In this document: positions 42,127 to 50,569 of the stretch, one piece after another
Layout of the letters: each line of letters begins with the position of its first letter
Numbering within the stretch: the first letter of the stretch is position 1
Source of the DNA: Deltaproteobacteria bacterium HGW-Deltaproteobacteria-2
GTDB taxonomy: Bacteria > Desulfobacterota > Syntrophia > Syntrophales > Smithellaceae
Length of the DNA stretch: 64,000 bases
Direction of reading: 5' to 3'
NCBI GenBank assembly: GCA_002840505.1
Contig: PHBC01000008.1
Coordinates: 7,193 to 71,192, forward strand
Program-made: the position numbers and the translations under genes
Notes under the pieces: model-generated
Database searches by the model: none
Seen by the model: only the letters and a program-made list of their open reading frames with translations
Told to the model about the DNA's origin: nothing

Positions 42127-43212
42127 ATGAAATCAATGTATCGTACAGCAATGATAATAGCTGTCTTTGTTTTTTTATTACCCTTATCTGTTCGCTCCGA
42201 GATAAGGGCCGGAAGTTTTGAAGTGAATCCGTTCATCGGATACAACTTCTTCCAAAACAGTCAGAATCTGAAAGACGCGGTAATATATGGTGGTCGGCTT
42301 GGCTACAATTTCACGAGGTATTTTGGTGTTGAAGTCGGTGGGGAATTTATACGAACTAATCTTGATGATAAGGCAAAATTGGATAACACGGAAGGACAGT
42401 TCGGATATCCCATGGATAAAGTGGATTTTTATAAGTATAATATTAATGCCGTCCTTCACTTAATTCCCGATGGCAGATTCAATCCCTTTATCGTTGTCGG
42501 ATTCGGAGGAGCCCACTATAGTCCATCGATATCAAATGGCGGAGACATGTCTGCCTTTAATGTTGGTTTAGGAGCGAAAATCTGGCTGACGGAAAATATC
42601 GCTCTTAGATTCGATGTTCAGGATTATATGGTTACCGAAATATTTCAGGAGACCTACCATAATATTGGAGTTACCGGTGGAATAGTTTTTGCGTTCGGCG
42701 GCGCGGCAAAGCCTGAGCCTGTGGCGAAGGCTGAACCGGTACCCGAGCCCATACCTGAACCTCCTCCTCCCGTAGTCATACAAAAGGTTGAACCTCCTCC
42801 TCCTCCTCCTCCTCCTCCTCCTCCTCCTCCTCCTCCTCCCAAGCCAGTCATTATTGAAAAAGGCAGACAGACGCTGGATGTAAAATTTAATTTTGATAAA
42901 TCAACCATTAAGGAGGGTTATTACAACGACATCGATAATCTGTCTGGAGTGATGAAAGATTATCCCGATCTTAAAGTCGTGATCGAAGGACATACGGATA
43001 GTGTCGGTACAAAGGCTTATAATAAAAACCTTTCCCAGGAACGAGCTGACGCTGTCAAGAATTACATGGTTGAGAAAAACGGTATTGATTCAAATCGTAT
43101 AGCAACAGAAGGTTTCGGAGAGGAAAAACCTATTGCTGATAATGCCACTGCAGAAGGTCGTGCTCAGAACCGTCGAGTGGAAGCAGCTGTTGATTATACA
43201 ATCAAGAAGTAA
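42127..43212 (+). CDS. OmpA-like outer-membrane protein: N-terminal beta-barrel, poly-proline linker, OmpA_C domain
   Basis: Signal peptide; beta-barrel-type alternating pattern (GYNFF...GGRLGYNFT..FGVEVGGEF); a run of consecutive prolines; an OmpA_C domain near-identical to that of 39070..39753. Confidence 0.85.
   Translation: MKSMYRTAMIIAVFVFLLPLSVRSEIRAGSFEVNPFIGYNFFQNSQNLKDAVIYGGRLGYNFTRYFGVEVGGEFIRTNLDDKAKLDNTEGQFGYPMDKVDFYKYNINAVLHLIPDGRFNPFIVVGFGGAHYSPSISNGGDMSAFNVGLGAKIWLTENIALRFDVQDYMVTEIFQETYHNIGVTGGIVFAFGGAAKPEPVAKAEPVPEPIPEPPPPVVIQKVEPPPPPPPPPPPPPPPPKPVIIEKGRQTLDVKFNFDKSTIKEGYYNDIDNLSGVMKDYPDLKVVIEGHTDSVGTKAYNKNLSQERADAVKNYMVEKNGIDSNRIATEGFGEEKPIADNATAEGRAQNRRVEAAVDYTIKK
42793..42837 (+). 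repeat. perfect (CCT)15 trinucleotide microsatellite encoding the poly-Pro linker
   Basis: Counted directly: 15 uninterrupted CCT units from 42793, followed by CCC. Confidence 0.9.
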
Positions 43213-43240
43213 ATATTCTTTTTCTAATAACTTAACAATA

Positions 43241-43275
43241 CTGAAGAACCCCAGGCTTACTGCGGGGTTCTTCAG
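43241..43275 (+). terminator. terminator-like hairpin, paralogous to the one at 39785
   Basis: CTGAAGAACCCC-11 nt loop-GGGGTTCTTCAG, with the loop core GGCTTACTGC shared with the 39785 hairpin. No clear U-tract. Confidence 0.45.
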
Positions 43276-43305
43276 TGAGAAATAAAAAGAGAGTATTACG
43301 CGTGA

Positions 43306-43383
43306 TGCGAAGCAGCTCCTGAAAAGCTTTATTCAAGGGCCGCGAAGTTAAACATGAGAGTTCTTTTTGAAATATTCGTGTAA
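43306..43383 (+). pseudogene. orphan 3' fragment (last 25 codons plus stop) of an OmpA/Pal-like gene paralogous to 44113..44682
   Basis: Reads CEAAPEKLYSRAAKLNMRVLFEIFV*, compared with YEAAPKELYSKAAKSNMRVLFEIVVR* at the end of 44113..44682. No upstream coding part exists. Confidence 0.6.
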
Positions 43384-43524
43384 TAGGAGTAGCGGGTTAA
43401 TGTTCCAAAAAGATGTTTTATAAGAAAGGAGTCGCGCTGGTGGACGGCATTGTGCTGCTGGTTGCGAGAAGCAGAAAAGACTTAAAGATAGACAAAACTT
43501 CTAATGTGTAAAGGAGACAAAAAA

Positions 43525-44046
43525 ATGAAAAAGTTATTTTTTGGAACATTATTTTTGGCGCTGGTCATTGTATTGCCTGCGCCGGCGATGGCAGAGGTGC
43601 GTGTAAATGTCGGTATTTCTCTGCCGCCCATCGCATTTCCGGGGCCGCCCCATCTGGTTGTAATACCTCAGACGAATGTTTATGCCGTGCCTGACGTGGA
43701 CGCGGACATCTTCTTCTATGGTGGTTGGTGGTGGCGTCCTTGGGAAGGCCGCTGGTATCGTTCGCGGAGCTATGACGCCGGCTGGCGCCATTATCGTGGG
43801 CGTCCATCTTTTCATCGCAGCGTACCCTCCGGTTGGAGGAATGACTACAGAGAGAGTCGCTGGAGAGGGCGTGAATGGAATCAACAAAGAGTCCCCCACG
43901 ATCAAGTTCAGCGGAACTGGAGAACATGGGAACGAAATAGGCATTGGCAGAAACAAAATAATTGGGGTGTCCAGAGTTCGAGGGGTGCCCGAAAGCGATC
44001 ACAACAGCAACAACAACAGGGAAACCATGAAAGAGGAAGAAGGTAG
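43525..44046 (+). CDS. secreted Trp/Arg-rich protein, unknown function
   Basis: The ATG at 43525 after AAGGAG gives a signal peptide ...PAPAMA. The mature part is rich in W/R/Y (FFYGGWWWRPWEGRWYRSRSYDAGWRHYRGR) and has a Q-run near the C-terminus. Confidence 0.55.
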   Translation: MKKLFFGTLFLALVIVLPAPAMAEVRVNVGISLPPIAFPGPPHLVVIPQTNVYAVPDVDADIFFYGGWWWRPWEGRWYRSRSYDAGWRHYRGRPSFHRSVPSGWRNDYRESRWRGREWNQQRVPHDQVQRNWRTWERNRHWQKQNNWGVQSSRGARKRSQQQQQQGNHERGRR

Positions 44047-44112
44047 AGAAACATGATTTCTTAAGGAAATATTCTGGATGTGCAAACAAAAAATTAAACA
44101 GGAGGTTTAAAA

Positions 44113-44682
44113 ATGAAAGTGATAACAGCAAAGAGAGTGCTCATGTTCATAATTGCCGTGTTCTCCATGAGTTTGATGTTTGGGTGTGCCCATATGTGTC
44201 GGGATGAATATGGATGTCCGGTAAAATGTTCTACCGCGGCTGCGCCAGAAAAGGTTGTCATCCTTGCTTCTGAACCAAGGGTCGAGCAAAAGGTTGTGGC
44301 TGCCGCAGCCGAGCCGAAGGTTATTGTCCTTGCGTTTGAGGACATACATTTCGATTTCGATAAGTCGACGCTTAAACCGGAAGCGCGGACGATCCTGAAA
44401 AGGAATATCCAGGTTCTGAAAGATAATCCTAATGCTCATGTCCGCATTGCAGGATATACCTCTGCTTCCGGCACTGAAGCCTACAACCAGAAGTTAAGCG
44501 AAAGAAGAGCAAAAGCGGTTGAGGATTATCTTGTCAGCGAAGGCCTCATCTCAGAAGGCAGACTTACCATGATCGGCTATGGCGAGTCAGATCCGGCAAG
44601 TTACGAAGCAGCGCCTAAAGAGCTTTACTCGAAAGCAGCAAAGTCAAACATGAGAGTTCTTTTTGAAATTGTCGTGCGATAG
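44113..44682 (+). CDS. Pal-like peptidoglycan-associated lipoprotein (OmpA_C domain)
   Basis: Lipobox LMFGC. OmpA_C motifs FDFDKSTLKPEA...IAGYTSASGTEAYNQKLSERRAKAV. Confidence 0.8.
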   Translation: MKVITAKRVLMFIIAVFSMSLMFGCAHMCRDEYGCPVKCSTAAAPEKVVILASEPRVEQKVVAAAAEPKVIVLAFEDIHFDFDKSTLKPEARTILKRNIQVLKDNPNAHVRIAGYTSASGTEAYNQKLSERRAKAVEDYLVSEGLISEGRLTMIGYGESDPASYEAAPKELYSKAAKSNMRVLFEIVVR

Positions 44683-44702
44683 CAGCATCTGGTTATCGGG
44701 TT

Positions 44703-44747
44703 AAGAGTCCGGAAAGATGTTTTACATCAATCCGGACTCTTGCGTTT
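44703..44747 (+). terminator. terminator-like hairpin
   Basis: AAGAGTCCGGA-17 nt loop-TCCGGACTCTT followed by GCGTTT. Confidence 0.5.
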
Positions 44748-44835
44748 AATAAATAGTATGGAAAAGGCTAAGGTATGTCGGCAATAGAACACGGGAAGTG
44801 GACAGGCTTATTAGCTTACTTAGGAAGAATAATCC

Positions 44836-47190
44836 ATGAAATATAGAATAGCGTTCAGTTTAGTGATGATAGGCATCTTTATCGCATGTGCGACGAAAAC
44901 ACTGCCGCCGGTGGTTTTCCAGATTCCGACAAGACATATAGATTATATGACAGAGGTAAAACCGCTGTTAGACAAGCGCTGTGCTGTATGCCATTCCTGT
45001 TACAATTCCCCGTGCCAGCTCAAGCTCGATTCTTTTGAAGGCACCGACCGCGGCGCATCGAAAAGAGCTGTTTACAATGGCTCACGACTGAGATCCATGG
45101 ATCCAACGCGTCTTTTTACGGACGCTCAATCGACTGAGGAGTGGCGTCAGAAAGAATTCTTCAGCGTGACCGATAGCAAAGTATCAGGCGAGTTGAATGA
45201 TTCCATCATGATCGAGATCCTTTCCCACAAGATAAAAAACCCGAAAAGCGTAGGAGAGTACCGCTCTGAAGCCAACGATCTGACCTGTTCCGAAAACACC
45301 GACGAACTTGCAGGGTACCTGGAAAAACATCCGAACAACGGTATGCCCTTCGGATTTCCCGCGCTCAAGCCCGAAGAATTCGCTATCATTGCGGGCTGGC
45401 TGGTGCAGGGCGCTAAGGGTCCTGATGCCGTCCAGCAGAAGGCGTTAATCACACCGAAAGCAAGCGATGCTGTGGCCATAAAACAGTGGGAAACATTTCT
45501 TAACCTCGACGACGCCAAGCATGCCATGACCGCTCGCTATCTTTATGAGCATCTGTTTCTGGCCCACATTAAATTCGGAACACAGACTAATGAATACTAC
45601 GAGCTTTTCCGCTCGAAGACTCCGCCCGGCGAGCCTGCTGATCTGGTCGCCACCGTGCGCCCTTATGATGACCCGGGTGTCCCGCGGATATACTATCGTT
45701 TCCGGAAGATTCACTCCACGATCGTCGAAAAAACCCATATGGTATTTGAGCTTGATGACGCCAAAATGCGTCGCATCGAGGAGCTTTTTATCCAGCCTGA
45801 ATGGTTGCAAACCCCGCATACTATAGGATATGACGTGAAAATGAGCGCCAATCCTTTTGTCGCGTTTGAACAGATTCCTCCGCGTTCGCGCTACCAGTTC
45901 CTGTTGGATAATGTACATTATATCATCATGACTTTCATCCATGGTCCGGTCTGTAAAGGTCAGATTGCCCTCAATGTGATCAATGATCATTTCTGGATCA
46001 TGTTCGTTGATCCCGATCACGATCTGAGCGCGGCGAATCCGGCCTTTCTGAAGATGCACAGCGACAAATTACGCATGCCGATTGAAGTCGGCAGTGACAT
46101 GCGCGTTTTTAACGCGTTGACCGACAAATATAAAAAGGACGCCGTTGAGTTTTATAAAGCGAGGCAGGATTATTACACGACGCATAACTACGCCGGTCTT
46201 GGCTATGAATTTATATGGAAGGGAAACATGGCCGCAGATGCGCCCCTGCTTACGGTCTATCGCCATTTTGACAGCGCATCCGTGCATAAAGGGGTACTGG
46301 GAAATCTGCCGCAAACTATGTGGGTGGTGGACTACCCTCTGCTGGAACGTATCTATTATGCACTGGTTGCCGGGTTTGATGTGTACGGCACGGCCGGCCA
46401 TCAACTGGCACTGCGGCTCTACATGGATCAGTTGCGCGTTGAAGGCGAGAGTTACTTTCTGGATTTTCTGCCCGCGTCCAGGCGGCAGGAATTCATGCAA
46501 TCGTGGTATAAGGACATTGATCTCAAAAAGATTGATTACTATTCTTCCACCCTGCCGGCAAAAATTTCCTTTGTGACGAACGAACCAAACCGTGAGTTCA
46601 TCGAATACATTGTGAACCGGCACATTTTGCCTGCAACAAATATCGCCTTTGATGCCGTGAACTATGAGCGGGGCGATGTTGCCTATCCCGGATTGCCTGA
46701 TCAATACGAAACGACCAATGAATACCTCAAGGCTTTTCGTGCCATATCCAAACCCGGCACGCCGTTTTTCTTATTGATGAATGATTACAATATCAAAATC
46801 GCCTATATGAGAATCCGCCTGAAAAATGGAAAAGACCTGGCCATCTCCATCGTGATCAATCAATGGCACAGCAATGTTACCCATCTGTTCGGTGAAAAGG
46901 CCCAGCTCGATGTATCAAAGGACAGCGCCGATTTTATTTCCGGGCTCATCGGATCCTATCCCAACTATTTTTTTGACGTCCGGGAAGAAGACCTGCCCGA
47001 CTTTTTTGATATCCTGGCCCATTTTGATAAAAGCCCGAAAGCTTTTGATCGACTGGCCAAATACGGCGTCAATCGCGCAGAAGACCGGCTATGGGATACG
47101 TATGACTGGTTTCAAAAACGATTTTATGAGGATGAGCCCGTAAATTCGGGACTTTTCGATTTGAATCGTTACTACTACCTCGCTAAATGA
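44836..47190 (+). CDS. cti: fatty acid cis/trans isomerase (haem c CxxCH protein)
   Basis: The N-terminal block KRCAVCHSCYNSPCQLKLDSFEGTDRGASK and a length of about 780 aa match the periplasmic Cti family as I recall it. Confidence 0.7.
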   Translation: MKYRIAFSLVMIGIFIACATKTLPPVVFQIPTRHIDYMTEVKPLLDKRCAVCHSCYNSPCQLKLDSFEGTDRGASKRAVYNGSRLRSMDPTRLFTDAQSTEEWRQKEFFSVTDSKVSGELNDSIMIEILSHKIKNPKSVGEYRSEANDLTCSENTDELAGYLEKHPNNGMPFGFPALKPEEFAIIAGWLVQGAKGPDAVQQKALITPKASDAVAIKQWETFLNLDDAKHAMTARYLYEHLFLAHIKFGTQTNEYYELFRSKTPPGEPADLVATVRPYDDPGVPRIYYRFRKIHSTIVEKTHMVFELDDAKMRRIEELFIQPEWLQTPHTIGYDVKMSANPFVAFEQIPPRSRYQFLLDNVHYIIMTFIHGPVCKGQIALNVINDHFWIMFVDPDHDLSAANPAFLKMHSDKLRMPIEVGSDMRVFNALTDKYKKDAVEFYKARQDYYTTHNYAGLGYEFIWKGNMAADAPLLTVYRHFDSASVHKGVLGNLPQTMWVVDYPLLERIYYALVAGFDVYGTAGHQLALRLYMDQLRVEGESYFLDFLPASRRQEFMQSWYKDIDLKKIDYYSSTLPAKISFVTNEPNREFIEYIVNRHILPATNIAFDAVNYERGDVAYPGLPDQYETTNEYLKAFRAISKPGTPFFLLMNDYNIKIAYMRIRLKNGKDLAISIVINQWHSNVTHLFGEKAQLDVSKDSADFISGLIGSYPNYFFDVREEDLPDFFDILAHFDKSPKAFDRLAKYGVNRAEDRLWDTYDWFQKRFYEDEPVNSGLFDLNRYYYLAK

Positions 47191-47225
47191 ACATAGAATT
47201 ATTAAGATAATCGTGGAGAGAAAAG

Positions 47226-48875
47226 ATGTCGAATCATGAGCCAAGTATTACAGAATTGCCAAAAGGCATTGAGCTACTTCACGATCCGAGTCTAAATAAA
47301 GGAACATCCTTTACCGCGGCAGAACGCGATGCGCTTGGGTTGCACGGATTGCTTCCACCGCGCATCTTCTCGCAAGCCCAGCGCGCTCAACACGTAATGA
47401 ACAATATCCGCCGCAAGACAAGCAACCTCGAAAAATATCTTTATCTGATCGGTCTGCAGGATCGCAACGAGAAGCTTTTCTATCGCGTTCTTGTCGACAA
47501 TATGGCGGAACTCAGCCCTATCGTTTATACGCCGACCGTGGGGCTCGCCTGCCAGGAGTACAGTAGGATTTTTCGCAGGCCGCATGGCCTGTTCATCTCG
47601 AAGTACGATCGGAACCATATTAAAGAGGTTTTACTAAACTGGCCACATCGGGATGTTCGTGTAATCATTGTCACTGACGGTGAAAGAATTCTTGGCCTGG
47701 GTGATCTCGGGGCGAATGGCATGGGAATTCCCGTGGGTAAATTATCGCTTTATACGGCCTGCGCGGGCATTGCTCCGCAGACATGTCTGCCGATCATGAT
47801 CGATGTCGGAACCAATAACAACGAAGTCATGAACGATCCGAGTTACATTGGCTTGCAGGAAGCGCGCTTGCGGGGCGATCAATACGATGCTCTGCTCGAT
47901 GAGTTCATGGAGGCAACCAGTAAACTATTTCCGCGCGCTATGATCCAGTTCGAAGATTTTGGAAACATAAATGCTTTCCGCCTGCTGGAAAGATACCGGA
48001 ACCGCTTTTGCATGTTCAACGATGACATTCAGGGAACCGCCAGCATGACGCTGGCCGGATTGCATTCAGCACTGCGTATGATCAGCGGCAAACTTACCGG
48101 ACAACGGATTGTGGTTTTAGGTGCAGGCGGTGCCGCTCTCGGTATCGGCAGCCTCATGATTTCCGCGATGGCCGGGGAAGGTCTCTCCATTGAAGACGCC
48201 CGTCGCCGCTGCTGGTTCGTGGATTCCAAGGGACTTGTTGTCACCAGCCGAGCCGATCTGTCTGAGCACAAGCGCCGCTTTGCCCAGGACTATCCTTTCC
48301 ATCGGGATCTCCTTGCGGTCATCGAAGCCGTTAAACCAACGGCGATTATCGGGGCATCTGGCCGGCCGGGCACCTTCACCCCTCAAGTGTTGGAGGCGAT
48401 GGCCCGGATCAACGAAAGACCAATAGTATTTGCGCTTTCCAACCCGACTTCCCAATCGGAATGCACCGCCGAAGAAGCCTACCGCTTCACGGATAAACGC
48501 GCCATCTTCGCCTCCGGCAGCCCGTTTGCGCCAGTGGTGATGGACGGTCACACCTTTGTGCCGGGTCAGGCGAATAACAGCTACATCTTCCCCGGCGTCG
48601 GATTGGGCATTCTTTCCTCGGAGGCATCCCGCGTTACGGATGAAATGTTCGCCGCAGCCGCCAAAGCTCTGGATGAACAGGTTTCTCAGGAGGACTTTAG
48701 GCTGGGGGGGATTTATCCTTCCTTGTCGAACATTCGCGAGGTGTCGGTCAATATAGCGTTGGCAGTCGCCAAGGTCGCATTCGCGAGAGGACTCACTGCG
48801 ATGCAGGAGCCTCCCGATCTGCCAGGTCTTATCAAATCGAAGATGTATGATCCGACCTATCATGATTATATCTGA
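47226..48875 (+). CDS. maeA: NAD(P)-dependent malic enzyme
   Basis: LNKGTSFTAAERDALGLHGLLPP, VYTPTVG, VTDGERILGLGDLG, FEDF, FNDDIQGTA, and GAGGAALGI (dinucleotide fold). Confidence 0.85.
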   Translation: MSNHEPSITELPKGIELLHDPSLNKGTSFTAAERDALGLHGLLPPRIFSQAQRAQHVMNNIRRKTSNLEKYLYLIGLQDRNEKLFYRVLVDNMAELSPIVYTPTVGLACQEYSRIFRRPHGLFISKYDRNHIKEVLLNWPHRDVRVIIVTDGERILGLGDLGANGMGIPVGKLSLYTACAGIAPQTCLPIMIDVGTNNNEVMNDPSYIGLQEARLRGDQYDALLDEFMEATSKLFPRAMIQFEDFGNINAFRLLERYRNRFCMFNDDIQGTASMTLAGLHSALRMISGKLTGQRIVVLGAGGAALGIGSLMISAMAGEGLSIEDARRRCWFVDSKGLVVTSRADLSEHKRRFAQDYPFHRDLLAVIEAVKPTAIIGASGRPGTFTPQVLEAMARINERPIVFALSNPTSQSECTAEEAYRFTDKRAIFASGSPFAPVVMDGHTFVPGQANNSYIFPGVGLGILSSEASRVTDEMFAAAAKALDEQVSQEDFRLGGIYPSLSNIREVSVNIALAVAKVAFARGLTAMQEPPDLPGLIKSKMYDPTYHDYI

Positions 48876-48912
48876 GGAGATCAGCATCTAATCCACCATT
48901 CTTCAAAGTATC

Positions 48913-49058
48913 CCTCAATATGCTGAGGCTCCGCCAAATACTGAGGCCAAAAGAATCATTTCATAATTCCCATAATTTTCTGTGATTGATCTAACCACAT
49001 ACTATTAAAGATGAATTAAAATTTCTGACTATTTCCAGTTGTTGGCAAGCTGGTTGCA
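48913..49058 (+). promoter_or_regulatory. sigma54 promoter cassette 5
   Basis: CCTCAATATGCTGAGG (48913-48928), CCGCCAAATACTGAGG (48931-48946), TTGATCTAACCACATACTATTAA (48986-49008), and TTGGCAAGCTGGTTGCA with GG at 49044-5 and GC at 49056-7. Confidence 0.85.
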
Positions 49059-49130
49059 ATACTGTCTATATGATGTCGGTCATAATATGAGTGTCCTTAC
49101 TTAAGAAGCGCATGGAATTGTCACAAATCA

Positions 49131-49313
49131 TTGCTTCACTGTGCGTTCCATGCCGATGCAGAAGGCAAGTTTCACGAAGTGAAGGGTAAGGTCAAGGAAG
49201 TCGCCGGGAAAATAAGCGACAATCAAAAGTTGGAAGATGAAGGGACCGTTGAAAAGATAACCGGCCAGGTTCAGGAAAAGGTCGATCATGTCAAGAAGGT
49301 TTGGGGGCAGTAG
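49131..49313 (+). CDS. CsbD-like stress protein (start codon uncertain)
   Basis: EGKFHEVKGKVKEVAGKISDNQKLEDEGTVEKITGQVQEKV fits the CsbD repeat pattern. The only in-frame start candidate is a TTG at 49131 without an SD. Confidence 0.55.
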   Translation: MLHCAFHADAEGKFHEVKGKVKEVAGKISDNQKLEDEGTVEKITGQVQEKVDHVKKVWGQ

Positions 49314-49521
49314 TAAGAAAAACGTATCCTATACCGATGAAGGAAAACAATGCGCGAGATTAGTGACAAGACCAAATGCAAGGTCAAACAAGCAGTAGGC
49401 AACATGGACGGAAACAAAAGGTTCAAGCGAGAGGAATGAACGCAAGAAAGTCTAAGGAGCGGTCAAAGGAAGAATTCGAAAATGAAACAGATGTTCAACA
49501 AAGTTAATGGAGGAATTTACC

Positions 49522-50005
49522 ATGAGTACTACTGTTAGATTTTACATTAACGACGGAACAGCTTTCATTGCAGAAAAAGGCACGCGAATTCGCCTTGAAA
49601 GAAATACTGCCGCTGGCATGGTTTTATGATGAAGCAAATGAAATGCCGATGCAAATTATCAATAAAGCCTCCGCTCTGGGATTAATGAACGGCGGCATGC
49701 CGAAAAAATACGGCGGCCTGGGTTATGGTTCTATCGAAGGCGCTATCGTTACTGAAGAGATCGCTGCCGTCCGTTCCGGAGTGAAACTGGCGGGAAGGAT
49801 TTTGAAAAGGAGCTGTCCGGCAAAACTGCCTGGCGCTGCAAGATATGCGGACATATTCATATGGCAATGAAACGCCGGAAGAGTGTCCGTATTGCTTCTT
49901 CCCCGGCAGCGCATTCAAAAAATTCTGGCCTCGGGAAGAAGACGCTCATAAAACTTTGCACATGAGTCGGGCACGGCCGGCCAAAAATTAAAATCACGGA
50001 TATAA
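49522..50005 (+). pseudogene. decayed gene: acyl-CoA dehydrogenase N-terminal fragment joined to a rubredoxin-like zinc-ribbon remnant, with at least 2 frame disruptions
   Basis: The ATG at 49522 (MSTTV) is one nucleotide out of frame with DFTLTTEQLSLQKKAREFALKEILP...GGLGYGSIEGAIVTEEIAA, which is an ACAD N-terminus. The later segment AWRCKICGHIHM / GNETPEECPYCFFPGSAFKKF is split by a missing base near 49864. Confidence 0.55.
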
Positions 50006-50017
50006 AGGAGATCAAAA

Positions 50018-50218
50018 ATGAAATATAGAGATTCTTCGGTAAGAAAAGGCAAGGTAAGTGAAAAAAATGAAAAGAATTTTAAAGAAGAGATATTCGACAC
50101 GGGTGCATGGCGCTGTGAGGCATGCGGACATATAGATTATGGTTATGAAACATCGGAAGGGTGTCCATATTGCTTTTACCCTGATAACGCGTTTAAAAAA
50201 TTACAGAGGCAGGGATAA
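50018..50218 (+). CDS. small rubredoxin-like zinc-ribbon protein
   Basis: SD AAAGGAG. Two CxxC pairs in WRCEACGHIDYGYETSEGCPYCF. Paralogous to the remnant at about 49826-49920. Confidence 0.6.
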   Translation: MKYRDSSVRKGKVSEKNEKNFKEEIFDTGAWRCEACGHIDYGYETSEGCPYCFYPDNAFKKLQRQG

Positions 50219-50403
50219 GACGATAAGAGCCAATGATGGCATCATGACAAATTTGTTCCATGTTGTCACGGCATTGACGGAACAATTTAAAAAGAAGATG
50301 CACAAGTAGTATGTAGTGCAGAGCTGTTTTTACAAACAGAGATTCTTCGGGAACTTTTTGTTAATCGACCCGGTAATTGTCGTCTGATTCAAAATGAAAG
50401 ATC

Positions 50404-50552
50404 AAATCACGGGTAGGAAACCCCAAAGCAAGCTGCGGAGGTTCCTACAATAGTCCCGCGTCGCTTCGCTCCTGGGATAGTTCGTCCAATAAATTTCAGT
50501 GCGCTGGGCTTCTGAAACTTGGGACTTACTAAATTGGAGTTTCACGAATAAA
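50404..50552 (+). repeat. about 150-nt intergenic element, copy A (inverted copy at 60100-60227)
   Basis: Both ends, AAATCACGG..AAACCCCAAAGCAAGCTGCGG and CTAAATTGGAGTTTCACGAATAAA, match the reverse complement of the ends of 60100-60227. Confidence 0.6.
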
Positions 50553-50569
50553 GAAAGGAGTGCAGAAAT

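Noticed and set aside
40947-44131. Minus-strand ORFs 40947..41492, 41669..42109 and 43565..44131, and + strand alternative-frame ORFs in the lipoprotein, OmpA and W/R-rich genes.
   Set aside because: They are antisense or out of frame to genes with signal peptides and recognised domains. Their Arg/Cys/Gly-rich composition is typical of GC-biased shadow frames.
48117-48887. 256-aa minus-strand ORF opposite the malic enzyme gene.
   Set aside because: The + strand product carries multiple canonical malic-enzyme motifs; the antisense product has none.
49568-49870. ORF-track gene 49568..49870 as an intact 100-aa protein.
   Set aside because: It is only the first 75 residues or so of an acyl-CoA dehydrogenase, read into unrelated out-of-frame sequence. 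The true ATG at 49522 is out of frame. It is treated as a pseudogene.
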